From Escherichia coli (GTDB lineage Bacteria; Pseudomonadota; Gammaproteobacteria; Enterobacterales; Enterobacteriaceae), in the NCBI RefSeq assembly GCF_048403405.1, contig NZ_CP183129.1: a stretch of 64,000 bases of DNA, one strand, 5' to 3'. The notes beneath the pieces were generated by a model that saw only the letters and a program-made list of their open reading frames with translations, was not told where the DNA came from and made no database searches. A program made the position numbers and the translations under genes. Of the stretch, positions 1-13,406 are shown one piece after another (position 1 is the first letter of the stretch; the number at the start of each line of letters is the position of its first letter).

Positions 1-874
1 GGAGATCAACACTGGTATTCTGATTGCCAACGGCGCAGATATGAAACGCTGGCTGGCGAAGCTGACCAACAATAACGCTCAGGGTGAATACTACATCACC
101 GACATTATTGCGCTGGCGTATCAGGAAGGGCGTGAAATCGTCGCCGTTCATCCGCAACGTTTAAGCGAAGTAGAAGGCGTGAATAACCGCCTGCAACTCT
201 CCCGACTGGAGCGCGTTTACCAGTCCGAACAGGCTGAAAAACTGCTGTTAGCAGGCGTTATGCTGCGCGATCCGGCGCGTTTTGATCTGCGCGGTACGCT
301 TACTCACGGGCGCGATGTTGAAATTGATACTAACGTTATCATCGAGGGCAACGTGACTCTCGGTCATCGCGTGAAAATCGGCACCGGTTGTGTGATTAAA
401 AACAGCGTGATTGGCGATGATTGCGAAATTAGCCCGTATACCGTTGTGGAAGACGCGAATCTGGCGGCGGCCTGTACCATTGGCCCGTTTGCCCGTCTGC
501 GTCCTGGTGCTGAGTTGCTGGAAGGTGCACACGTCGGTAACTTCGTTGAGATGAAAAAAGCGCGTCTGGGTAAAGGCTCGAAAGCCGGGCATCTGACTTA
601 CCTGGGCGATGCGGAAATTGGCGATAACGTTAACATCGGCGCGGGAACCATTACCTGCAACTACGACGGTGCGAATAAATTTAAGACCATTATCGGTGAC
701 GATGTGTTTGTCGGTTCCGACACTCAGCTGGTGGCCCCGGTAACAGTAGGCAAAGGCGCGACCATTGCTGCGGGTACAACTGTGACGCGTAATGTCGGCG
801 AAAACGCCCTGGCGATCAGCCGTGTGCCGCAGACTCAAAAAGAAGGCTGGCGTCGTCCGGTAAAGAAAAAGTAA
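1..874 (+). CDS. glmU: GlmU, bifunctional UDP-GlcNAc pyrophosphorylase / GlcN-1-P acetyltransferase (3' part; 5' end outside window)
   Basis: ORF 41..874 translation is the left-handed beta-helix acetyltransferase C-terminus; frame is open to position 2; lies directly upstream of glmS as in E. coli. Confidence 0.9.
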
Positions 875-1035
875 TTCTGGCCGGGAAATCCGGTCATATG
901 GGATGAGGAGATAACATAATCTCCCGCCCACAAGCAGTAACTATAAAAATAACCCCACTCTCTACAAGGCTCGGGGTGCCCGAAAAAACGGGCATACAGG
1001 TTGACCGACAACGATATAAATCGGAATCAAAAACT

Positions 1036-2865
1036 ATGTGTGGAATTGTTGGCGCGATCGCGCAACGTGATGTAGCAGAAATCCTTCTTGAAGGTTTACG
1101 TCGTCTTGAATACCGCGGATATGACTCTGCCGGTCTGGCCGTTGTTGATGCAGAAGGTCATATGACCCGCCTGCGTCGCCTCGGTAAAGTCCAGATGCTG
1201 GCTCAGGCAGCGGAAGAACATCCTCTGCATGGCGGCACCGGTATTGCTCATACTCGCTGGGCGACCCACGGTGAACCTTCAGAAGCTAACGCGCATCCGC
1301 ATGTTTCTGAACACATTGTGGTGGTGCATAACGGCATCATCGAAAACCATGAACCGCTGCGTGAAGAGTTAAAAGCGCGTGGCTATACCTTCGTTTCTGA
1401 AACCGACACCGAAGTGATTGCCCATCTGGTGAACTGGGAGCTGAAACAAGGCGGTACTCTGCGTGAGGCTGTTCTGCGTGCTATCCCGCAACTGCGTGGT
1501 GCGTACGGTACAGTGATCATGGACTCCCGTCACCCGGATACCCTGCTGGCGGCACGTTCTGGTAGCCCGCTGGTGATTGGCCTGGGCATGGGCGAAAACT
1601 TTATCGCTTCTGACCAGCTGGCGCTGTTGCCAGTGACTCGTCGCTTTATCTTCCTTGAAGAGGGCGATATTGCGGAAATCACTCGCCGTTCGGTAAACAT
1701 CTTCGATAAAACTGGCGCGGAAGTAAAACGTCAGGATATCGAATCCAATCTGCAATATGACGCGGGTGATAAAGGTATTTACCGCCACTACATGCAGAAA
1801 GAGATCTACGAACAACCGAACGCGATCAAAAACACCCTTACCGGGCGCATCAGCCACGGTCAGGTTGATTTAAGCGAGCTGGGACCGAACGCCGACGAAC
1901 TGCTGTCGAAGGTTGAGCATATTCAGATCCTCGCCTGTGGTACTTCTTATAACTCCGGTATGGTTTCCCGCTACTGGTTTGAATCGCTGGCAGGTATTCC
2001 GTGCGACGTCGAAATCGCCTCTGAATTCCGCTATCGCAAATCTGCCGTGCGCCGTAACAGCCTGATGATCACCTTGTCACAGTCTGGCGAAACCGCGGAT
2101 ACCCTGGCGGGCCTGCGTCTGTCGAAAGAGCTGGGTTACCTTGGTTCGCTGGCAATCTGTAACGTTCCGGGTTCTTCTCTGGTGCGCGAATCCGATCTGG
2201 CGCTGATGACCAACGCCGGTACGGAAATTGGCGTGGCCTCCACCAAAGCATTCACCACCCAGTTAACTGTGCTGTTGATGCTGGTGGCGAAACTGTCTCG
2301 CCTGAAAGGTCTGGATGCCTCCATTGAACATGACATCGTGCATGGTCTGCAGGCGCTGCCGAGCCGTATTGAGCAGATGCTGTCTCAGGACAAACGCATT
2401 GAAGCGCTGGCAGAAGATTTCTCTGACAAACATCACGCGCTGTTCCTGGGACGTGGCGATCAGTACCCAATCGCGCTGGAAGGTGCATTGAAGCTGAAAG
2501 AGATCTCTTACATTCACGCTGAAGCCTACGCTGCGGGCGAACTGAAACACGGTCCGCTGGCGCTGATAGATGCCGATATGCCGGTTATCGTCGTTGCGCC
2601 GAACAACGAGTTGTTGGAAAAACTGAAATCTAACATTGAAGAAGTTCGCGCGCGTGGTGGTCAGTTGTATGTCTTCGCCGATCAGGATGCGGGTTTTGTG
2701 AGCAGTGACAACATGCACATCATTGAGATGCCGCATGTGGAAGAGGTTATTGCACCGATCTTCTACACCGTTCCGCTGCAACTGCTGGCTTACCACGTTG
2801 CGCTGATCAAAGGCACCGACGTTGACCAGCCGCGTAACCTGGCGAAATCGGTTACGGTTGAGTAA
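1036..2865 (+). CDS. glmS: Glutamine--fructose-6-phosphate aminotransferase
   Basis: Translation begins [12 protein letters not shown] (N-terminal Cys amidotransferase); the track ORF starts upstream at 976, the ATG at 1036 gives the canonical 609 aa. Confidence 0.96.
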   Translation: MCGIVGAIAQRDVAEILLEGLRRLEYRGYDSAGLAVVDAEGHMTRLRRLGKVQMLAQAAEEHPLHGGTGIAHTRWATHGEPSEANAHPHVSEHIVVVHNGIIENHEPLREELKARGYTFVSETDTEVIAHLVNWELKQGGTLREAVLRAIPQLRGAYGTVIMDSRHPDTLLAARSGSPLVIGLGMGENFIASDQLALLPVTRRFIFLEEGDIAEITRRSVNIFDKTGAEVKRQDIESNLQYDAGDKGIYRHYMQKEIYEQPNAIKNTLTGRISHGQVDLSELGPNADELLSKVEHIQILACGTSYNSGMVSRYWFESLAGIPCDVEIASEFRYRKSAVRRNSLMITLSQSGETADTLAGLRLSKELGYLGSLAICNVPGSSLVRESDLALMTNAGTEIGVASTKAFTTQLTVLLMLVAKLSRLKGLDASIEHDIVHGLQALPSRIEQMLSQDKRIEALAEDFSDKHHALFLGRGDQYPIALEGALKLKEISYIHAEAYAAGELKHGPLALIDADMPVIVVAPNNELLEKLKSNIEEVRARGGQLYVFADQDAGFVSSDNMHIIEMPHVEEVIAPIFYTVPLQLLAYHVALIKGTDVDQPRNLAKSVTVE

Positions 2866-2885
2866 TATCTCTCGTTGATAGAAAA

Positions 2886-2911
2886 GGGCTGCCGACCTGC
2901 GGCCCTTTTTT
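2886..2911 (+). terminator. Intrinsic terminator downstream of glmS
   Basis: GC-rich hairpin GGGCTGCCGACCTGCGGCCC followed by TTTTTT. Confidence 0.65.
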
Positions 2912-3172
2912 ATAAGTGATATCAATAATTCCATTATTCATATGCCCATTGATATAAATATATTCTGAATTATTGCTAATGTCTGATAATAAACTTGATT
3001 TCTTGCTGTTTTAATAATATTTAAATAATAAATTTATATTTAAGATTGAGTAATTAATATTATTTTTAGATAAAGTTGTCTCTTTGGTGTACTATTCCTT
3101 TGGATCAAAAATACACTTATTAATATAAGTGATGATTCATGGTAAAGGATATATTATATCAATGGAGTTTTT

Positions 3173-3745
3173 ATGAAGCGTAATATTATAGGCGGTGCAT
3201 TCACTCTGGCATCTCTAATGCTGGCCGGGAATGCACTGGCAGAAGATGGTGTTGTTCACTTCGTCGGTGAAATTGTCGACACTACTTGTGAAGTTACCTC
3301 CGATACAGCCGATCAAATTGTCCCACTGGGTAAAGTCAGTAAAAATGCTTTTTCAGGTGTAGGTAGTCTGGCGTCACCACAGCAGTTCAGTATTAAGCTT
3401 GAAAAGTGCCCGGCAACCTACACTCAGGCAGCCGTTCGTTTTGATGGTACAGAAGCGCCTGGCGGCGACGGCGACCTGAAAGTGGGTACGCCGCTTACAG
3501 CGGGCAACCCTGGCGATTTTACCGGTACAGGACAAGCGATTGCGGCAACGGGTGTCGGTATTCGTATTTTTAACCAGTCAGATAACTCGCAGGTTAAACT
3601 TTATAACGATTCTGCCTATACCGCTATCGACGCTGAAGGCAAGGCTGAAATGAAGTTTATTGCACGCTATGTGGCAACCAATGCAACTGTAACGGCGGGT
3701 ACGGCGAACGCCGATTCACAATTTACTGTCGAATATAAGAAATAA
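3173..3745 (+). CDS. lpfA: Fimbrial major subunit (long polar fimbria LpfA-like)
   Basis: 190 aa with a cleavable signal peptide (…LAGNALA) and fimbrial subunit architecture; first gene of a chaperone-usher cluster at the glmS-pstS position where lpf2 is known to sit. Confidence 0.75.
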   Translation: MKRNIIGGAFTLASLMLAGNALAEDGVVHFVGEIVDTTCEVTSDTADQIVPLGKVSKNAFSGVGSLASPQQFSIKLEKCPATYTQAAVRFDGTEAPGGDGDLKVGTPLTAGNPGDFTGTGQAIAATGVGIRIFNQSDNSQVKLYNDSAYTAIDAEGKAEMKFIARYVATNATVTAGTANADSQFTVEYKK

Positions 3746-3792
3746 TTTATCAAGGGCCTTTTTATTCAGTTGGCTTTGGCCAGGGAGTCGTT

Positions 3793-4524
3793 ATGTCCAG
3801 AAAAAGTTGTTTAATCAGGCTCTTTAAAACAACCGTTTCATGTAAGTTATTTACCGCGATTATACTCAGTGTTTTTTTAGTCCAACCAGCATTAACCTAT
3901 GCAGGCGTTGTCATTGGTGGTACACGGGTAGTTTACTTAAGTAATAACCCAGATAAATCTATTTCTGTATTTAGCAAGGAAGAAAAAATTCCTTATCTCA
4001 TCCAGGCATGGGTAGATCCGTTTAATAAAGAGGATAAAAGCAAAGCACCGTTTACCGTTATTCCTCCGGTATCACGATTAGAACCCGCGCAAGAAAAAGT
4101 ATTACGCATTATTCATACCAAAGGTGTGTCATTGCCTGATGATCGCGAGTCAGTCTTCTGGCTGAATATTAAAAATATTCCGCCCTCTGCGAGCAACAAA
4201 GCGGCGAACTCACTGGAAATCGCAGTTAAAACGCGTATCAAGCTGTTCTGGCGACCGGCAAGCATTCGCCTGATTCCCGAAGATGCTGCACCGAAGGTGA
4301 AGTGGCACCGGGAAGGGCGAAACCTGATTGTAGAGAATCCCAACCCGATTCATATCAGTGTGATGGATGTCATCGTTGATGGTCATGATGTGCCCCTCAA
4401 CATGATCCGTCCTTTTGAAACGCTCACGTTACCTTTACCTGCTAATTCTGCGGGAGGCCAAATGATCTGGCGATTTATTAATGATTACGGCGCAGTCAGT
4501 GACCCGATAAAAATGACGCTGTAA
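3793..4524 (+). CDS. lpfB: Periplasmic fimbrial chaperone (PapD-like)
   Basis: 243 aa with signal peptide; position and size fit a PapD-family chaperone; second gene of the cluster. Confidence 0.75.
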   Translation: MSRKSCLIRLFKTTVSCKLFTAIILSVFLVQPALTYAGVVIGGTRVVYLSNNPDKSISVFSKEEKIPYLIQAWVDPFNKEDKSKAPFTVIPPVSRLEPAQEKVLRIIHTKGVSLPDDRESVFWLNIKNIPPSASNKAANSLEIAVKTRIKLFWRPASIRLIPEDAAPKVKWHREGRNLIVENPNPIHISVMDVIVDGHDVPLNMIRPFETLTLPLPANSAGGQMIWRFINDYGAVSDPIKMTL

Positions 4525-4548
4525 GCAAGGGAAAAGGATAGGCGTATT

Positions 4549-7044
4549 ATGATGACGACCAGAATAAAGGTTGGCCTCACGGCAGGGACGTGTCTGATTT
4601 TCTCGCAAAGCCTGATGGCCGAGGTCAGTGTATTCAATCCGGCGCTTCTGGAAATCGACCATCAATCCGGAGTCGATATTCGCCAGTTTAATCGGGCAAA
4701 CCTGATGCCCCCAGGTTTTTATAGCGTTGATATTTTTATCAACGGTAAAATGTTTGAACGTCAGGATGTGACCTTTGTTCAGGATAATCCCGATGCTGAT
4801 TTACACGCCTGCTTTGTCGCTATTAAAAAAACGCTAACCACCTTTGGCGTAAAAGTTGATGCGCTGAAATCGCTCAATGATGTAGATGAAACAGTCTGTA
4901 TTGATCCTGGGCCACGCATTGAAGGCTCATCATGGCAGTTCGACAGCGATAAACTGCAACTGAATATCTCCATTCCCCAAATCTATATGGATGCGATGGC
5001 TTATGATTACATCAGCCCCTCGCGTTGGGATGAGGGGATTAACGCGCTCACCATCAACTACGATTTTTCTGGTTCACATACTCTACGTTCGGATTATGGT
5101 TCACAAGAGACAGATACCAGTTATCTCAATCTGCGCAATGGACTGAATATTGGGCCGTGGCGATTACGCAATTACAGCACCTTAAATACGACCGATGGCA
5201 GTGCAGAATACAACTCTATAAGCACCTGGATACAACGTGATATAGCTGCGTTAAGAAACCAGATTATGATAGGTGATACGTGGACGGCGAGCGATATCTT
5301 CGACAGTACGCAAATTCGTGGCGCACGCTTGTATACCGATAAAGATATGTTGCCTGCCAGCCAAAACGGATTTGCCCCCGTAGTGCGTGGGATTGCAAAG
5401 TCTAACGCCACTGTCATTATTCGCCAGAATGGCTACGTGATTTATCAGTCAGCCGTTCCACAAGGTGCTTTTGAAATTACCGATCTCAACACCGCCAGTA
5501 CAGGTGGTGATCTGGACGTAACCATCAAAGAAGAAGACGGTAGCGAACAACGATTTACTCAACCTTATGCGTCGTTAGCCATCCTCAAACGTGAAGGTCA
5601 AACTGATGTTGATGTCAGTGTGGGAGAATTACGCGATGAAGATGGCTTTACCCCTGACGTTATTCAGGCTCAGATCCTTCATGGTTTTCCCTACGGTTTC
5701 ACCTTATATGGAGGTATGCAGGCTGCTGAAAAGTATGGTTCTGCCGCTTTGGGTGTCGGTAAAGATCTTGGCGCATTGGGCGCAATTTCTTTCGATGTGA
5801 CACATGCTCGCGCGAAATTTAGCCATGATGATACGGAAACCGGTCAGTCTTATCGCTTCCTGTACTCGAAACGCTTTGACGATACGGATACCAGCTTGCG
5901 CCTGGTTGGCTATCGTTACTCCACCGAAGGTTATTATACCCTCAATGAATGGGCGTCCCGGCGTAATAATCCTGAAGATTTCTGGGAAACCGGTAACCGC
6001 CGCAGCCGTGTGGAAGGAACGTTAACGCAATCACTGGGCAGAGATTATGGCAACTTATATCTGACATTAAGTCGCCAGCAGTACTGGCATACCGATGATG
6101 TTGAACGATTAATGCAATTTGGCTACAGCAGTAGCTGGAAGCGTCTCTCGTGGAACGTCTCCTGGAGTTATTCCAATACTGCCCGGCAGGGGACGGGGAA
6201 CAACAATGCCAGTGATAACACCAGTGAGCAGATCTACATGCTCTCTTTATCTGTTCCTTTATCGGGCTGGTGGGGGAATAGTTACGCCACCTATTCTGTA
6301 TCGCAAAACGATAATTCCGGTAGCTCACATCAACTTGGACTCAGCGGTACGGCGCTGGAAAGAAATAACCTTTCCTGGAATTTAATGCAGTCCTATAACA
6401 GCCATGATGATGAGGTTGGCGGTAATATGTCCCTGACCTATGATGGCACTTATGGCACGGTGAACGGCAGCTATAACTACAGCCAAAATTCTCAGAGGCT
6501 GAATTATGGTATCAGAGGGGGAATTCTGGCTCACAGCGAAGGCGTAACGTTAAGCCAGGAGTTGGGTGAAACCATAGCTCTTGTTAAAGCACCAGGGGCT
6601 GCCGGGTTAGAAATAGACAATATGCGTGGTGCTGCGACGGACTGGCGTGGTTATACGGTCAAGACACAGCTAAACCCTTATGATGAAAACCGGGTAGCAA
6701 TCAGCGATAACTATTTCTCGAAGTCGAATATAGAACTTGATAATACCGTCGTTACGATGGTTCCCACCCGTGGCGCGGTGGTTAAAGCAGAATTTGTTAC
6801 CCACGTGGGCTATCGCGTACTCTTCAAAGTGGTGAATGCAAAAGGTAAGCCAGCACCTTTTGGCGCTATTGCTGCCGTACAAAATACAAGCTCTGCTGAT
6901 TCAGGGATTGTCGGTGACCTGGGGGAGCTTTATCTCTCCGGCCTTCCTGAAAAGGGGCAAGTGATGCTCTCCTGGGGGAAAATGCCGCCACTACATGTAC
7001 CTTCGATTATTCACTTTCAATACCAGAAAGTGAAAGCGGCTTAA
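4549..7044 (+). CDS. lpfC: Outer-membrane fimbrial usher
   Basis: 831 aa, signal peptide, aromatic-rich beta-barrel composition, typical usher size; uninterrupted here. Confidence 0.85.
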   Translation: MMTTRIKVGLTAGTCLIFSQSLMAEVSVFNPALLEIDHQSGVDIRQFNRANLMPPGFYSVDIFINGKMFERQDVTFVQDNPDADLHACFVAIKKTLTTFGVKVDALKSLNDVDETVCIDPGPRIEGSSWQFDSDKLQLNISIPQIYMDAMAYDYISPSRWDEGINALTINYDFSGSHTLRSDYGSQETDTSYLNLRNGLNIGPWRLRNYSTLNTTDGSAEYNSISTWIQRDIAALRNQIMIGDTWTASDIFDSTQIRGARLYTDKDMLPASQNGFAPVVRGIAKSNATVIIRQNGYVIYQSAVPQGAFEITDLNTASTGGDLDVTIKEEDGSEQRFTQPYASLAILKREGQTDVDVSVGELRDEDGFTPDVIQAQILHGFPYGFTLYGGMQAAEKYGSAALGVGKDLGALGAISFDVTHARAKFSHDDTETGQSYRFLYSKRFDDTDTSLRLVGYRYSTEGYYTLNEWASRRNNPEDFWETGNRRSRVEGTLTQSLGRDYGNLYLTLSRQQYWHTDDVERLMQFGYSSSWKRLSWNVSWSYSNTARQGTGNNNASDNTSEQIYMLSLSVPLSGWWGNSYATYSVSQNDNSGSSHQLGLSGTALERNNLSWNLMQSYNSHDDEVGGNMSLTYDGTYGTVNGSYNYSQNSQRLNYGIRGGILAHSEGVTLSQELGETIALVKAPGAAGLEIDNMRGAATDWRGYTVKTQLNPYDENRVAISDNYFSKSNIELDNTVVTMVPTRGAVVKAEFVTHVGYRVLFKVVNAKGKPAPFGAIAAVQNTSSADSGIVGDLGELYLSGLPEKGQVMLSWGKMPPLHVPSIIHFQYQKVKAA

Positions 7045-7080
7045 TTGAACAAGGTGTGACATGTCATTAAAAGGATTTTT

Positions 7081-8151
7081 ATGAATAAGTATATTATACA
7101 GTGGTGCTTGACTGTTTTTATCTTCTCCTTTAGTGGTGCAACATTTGCGGCCCCAAAAGGTATCTGCACCTCAGATAATGGGGCCTTTCATAGCACACTT
7201 GATTTTTCCGGCTATCTGATTACGGCAGACGAGAACAGAGAGGGAGAGACCTTTAATAAAACCGTGACAAATGGGGACTCTTATCCTGCTCACTGCCATT
7301 GTGATACAGGGAAAGTGGGGGAGTTTCCTTATATTTACTATACAGCGAGAATAAACGAGGCCTTAAGTTATGCGGGTGTTCGTTCTAATGTAAACTACTT
7401 TAATTTGAATCCTAATCTGGATGTTGGAATATCGATAGACCTTCTCGGTGTAGGATACATTAATGCACCTTTTGAATACCATGCTAACAGGCCTACTGGA
7501 GGTTCATATAAATGTAGTCGCACGGACCCATTAAGTATTTCCAGTGGTGCAAAAGCAATAATTTATTTTTATATTAAGAAGACTTTTGCTGGAAAGTTAA
7601 TTGTCCCTGAAACTCTCGTGGCAAAATTGTACGGAACTATAAGCCGTGACACTCCGGTTGATTACTCACAACCTATGGCCGATGTTTATATTCGTGGCGA
7701 TATCACTGCACCGCAAAGCTGTGAAATTAACAGTTTAAGACCCATTAATTTTGATTTTAAAGAAATTCCTGCAGCAGATTTTTCTTCGGTAGCTGGAAGT
7801 ACCGTGACAACGCATAAAATTACCAAAACTGTCACCATTGAGTGTGAAAATTTAGGAATACTAAATACTGATGATATCAGTACCTCTTTTTATGCTACCG
7901 AACCCAGTACTGACAACTCAATGGTCGTGACATCAAACCCGAACGTTGGGATAAAAATTTATGATAAAAATAATAAGGAAATCAACGTTAACGGTGGTGA
8001 ACTACCGACAGATATGGGTAAATCAAACGTCTTTGGTGAAAAAGCCGGTAGCGTCACTTTTTCTGCTGCTCCTGCAAGCCTCACGGGGGCTCGCCCCGCG
8101 CCAGGAACATTTACCGCGACTGCAACGATAACAATTGAGATTGTACGCTAA
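7081..8151 (+). CDS. lpfD: Fimbrial minor subunit / tip adhesin
   Basis: 356 aa with signal peptide; last gene of the cluster; AT-rich codon usage like the rest of the island. Confidence 0.65.
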   Translation: MNKYIIQWCLTVFIFSFSGATFAAPKGICTSDNGAFHSTLDFSGYLITADENREGETFNKTVTNGDSYPAHCHCDTGKVGEFPYIYYTARINEALSYAGVRSNVNYFNLNPNLDVGISIDLLGVGYINAPFEYHANRPTGGSYKCSRTDPLSISSGAKAIIYFYIKKTFAGKLIVPETLVAKLYGTISRDTPVDYSQPMADVYIRGDITAPQSCEINSLRPINFDFKEIPAADFSSVAGSTVTTHKITKTVTIECENLGILNTDDISTSFYATEPSTDNSMVVTSNPNVGIKIYDKNNKEINVNGGELPTDMGKSNVFGEKAGSVTFSAAPASLTGARPAPGTFTATATITIEIVR

Positions 8152-8292
8152 ACGAACTGACAGCGGTGTTCCTCACACCGTTGTCATCTTACGCATTTTT
8201 GTCCGCGAGTTTTCACTCTGCATGACAAAAAGATGACATTACTTTTCTTTTTCTTAGTCAATAAAATCAAAAAGTTAATTAATAATTCTGAT

Positions 8293-8336
8293 TTGTCATA
8301 AAACTGTCATAAACCTTACATATAACTGTCACCTGT
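8293..8336 (+). promoter_or_regulatory. pstS promoter Pho boxes (PhoB binding sites)
   Basis: Tandem CTGTCATAAAACTGTCAT … ACTGTCAC direct repeats about 60-100 bp upstream of the pstS ATG; matches the Pho-box consensus CTGTCATA(A/T)A(T/A)CTGT(C/A)A(C/T). Confidence 0.85.
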
Positions 8337-8380
8337 TTGTCCTATTTTGCTTCTCGTAGCCAACAAACAATGCTTTATGA

Positions 8381-9439
<1,059 letters not shown>

Positions 9440-9450
9440 TAAAACTCAGG

Positions 9451-9483
9451 CCGGGTACGGTATTTTTTACGCCGCATCCGGCA
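9451..9483. repeat. REP-like palindrome in the pstS-pstC intergenic region
   Basis: GCCGGGTACGG…GCCGCATCCGGC imperfect palindrome of the REP/PU type. Confidence 0.5.
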
Positions 9484-9523
9484 TTACAAAATGACTTTGT
9501 AAACGCGTTTAACTGAAGAGTAA

Positions 9524-11376
<1,853 letters not shown>

Positions 11377-11382
11377 CACTTT

Positions 11383-11425
11383 GCCGGATGCGGCGTGAAC
11401 GCCTGATCCGGCCTACGGTAAGCCT
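11383..11425. repeat. REP (palindromic unit) element between pstA and pstB
   Basis: GCCGGATGCGGCGTGAACGCCTGATCCGGCCTAC, classic REP sequence. Confidence 0.75.
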
Positions 11426-11427
11426 GA

Positions 11428-12240
<813 letters not shown>

Positions 12241-12254
12241 TTCAGGAGTGCGTT

Positions 12255-12980
12255 ATGGACAGTCTCAATCTTAATAAACATATTTCCGGCCAGTTCAACG
12301 CCGAACTGGAAAGCATCCGCACGCAGGTGATGACCATGGGCGGCATGGTGGAGCAGCAGCTTTCTGATGCAATCACCGCGATGCATAACCAGGACAGCGA
12401 TCTGGCGAAGCGCGTCATCGAAGGCGACAAGAACGTCAACATGATGGAAGTGGCGATCGATGAAGCCTGCGTGCGCATTATCGCCAAACGTCAGCCGACG
12501 GCGAGCGACCTGCGTCTGGTTATGGTGATCAGTAAAACCATTGCCGAGCTGGAGCGTATTGGCGACGTGGCGGACAAAATCTGCCGTACTGCGCTGGAGA
12601 AATTCTCCCAGCAGCATCAGCCGTTGCTGGTAAGTCTGGAGTCGCTGGGCCGTCATACCATCCAGATGCTGCACGACGTGCTGGACGCGTTCGCGCGGAT
12701 GGACATTGACGAAGCGGTACGTATTTATCGTGAAGATAAAAAAGTCGATCAGGAGTACGAAGGTATTGTTCGTCAACTGATGACCTACATGATGGAAGAT
12801 TCGCGCACCATTCCGAGCGTACTTACCGCGCTATTCTGTGCGCGTTCAATCGAACGTATCGGCGACCGCTGCCAGAATATTTGTGAGTTTATCTTCTACT
12901 ACGTGAAGGGGCAGGATTTCCGTCATGTAGGCGGTGATGAGCTGGATAAACTGCTGGCCGGAAAAGACCCGAAAGAGTAA
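12255..12980 (+). CDS. phoU: Phosphate-specific transport system accessory protein
   Basis: Translation begins [19 protein letters not shown]; the track ORF starts upstream at 12237, the ATG at 12255 follows an AGGAG ribosome-binding site. Confidence 0.95.
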   Translation: MDSLNLNKHISGQFNAELESIRTQVMTMGGMVEQQLSDAITAMHNQDSDLAKRVIEGDKNVNMMEVAIDEACVRIIAKRQPTASDLRLVMVISKTIAELERIGDVADKICRTALEKFSQQHQPLLVSLESLGRHTIQMLHDVLDAFARMDIDEAVRIYREDKKVDQEYEGIVRQLMTYMMEDSRTIPSVLTALFCARSIERIGDRCQNICEFIFYYVKGQDFRHVGGDELDKLLAGKDPKE

Positions 12981-13023
12981 CGCTAACTGTAGGTCAGATA
13001 AGGCTTTTACGCCGAATCTGGCA

Positions 13024-13056
13024 ATCAGCCCGGTCATACATAGTTACCGGGCTGAT
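13024..13056 (+). other. Perfect 11-bp inverted repeat (hairpin) at the phoU 3' end / island junction
   Basis: ATCAGCCCGGT-(11 nt)-ACCGGGCTGAT; no strong downstream T-run, so terminator function is uncertain. Confidence 0.5.
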
Positions 13057-13406
13057 ACACTTTCTCCCTGAAATATTGCCACACAAACTCACCTCGAAAC
13101 TCTCCCCAGTGCAATGCAAATATATTATTTCATTTGAATTATTTTACTTTTAATGTAGTGCCCCGTTATAAAATTTTTTTTGTTATTCCTTTCATTTATA
13201 TCGTTACCCGCACAGAAAATGGAAAAGAAAACAAAAAACCAGGGTAAAAGCCCTATATCGGAACATAAAAAATGAGCGATTTTTTACAGTATTCATAGGT
13301 GGTTTAGTCATAATCGTATCAAAACAACACCAAAGTGTTCTTTTTTATACAAAACGGTTATGTATTGTGAGCGGGCGAATAAAAATTGTGTTCAGGAGAA
13401 ATGATT

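Noticed and set aside
248-931. Long antisense ORFs inside core genes (e.g. 248..931, 1369..1857, 9617..10375, 11428..12207, 33884..34945, 40148..41050, 41945..42685)
   Set aside because: They lie opposite well-identified conserved genes in GC-rich DNA and have Arg/Gly/His-rich, low-complexity translations typical of shadow ORFs.
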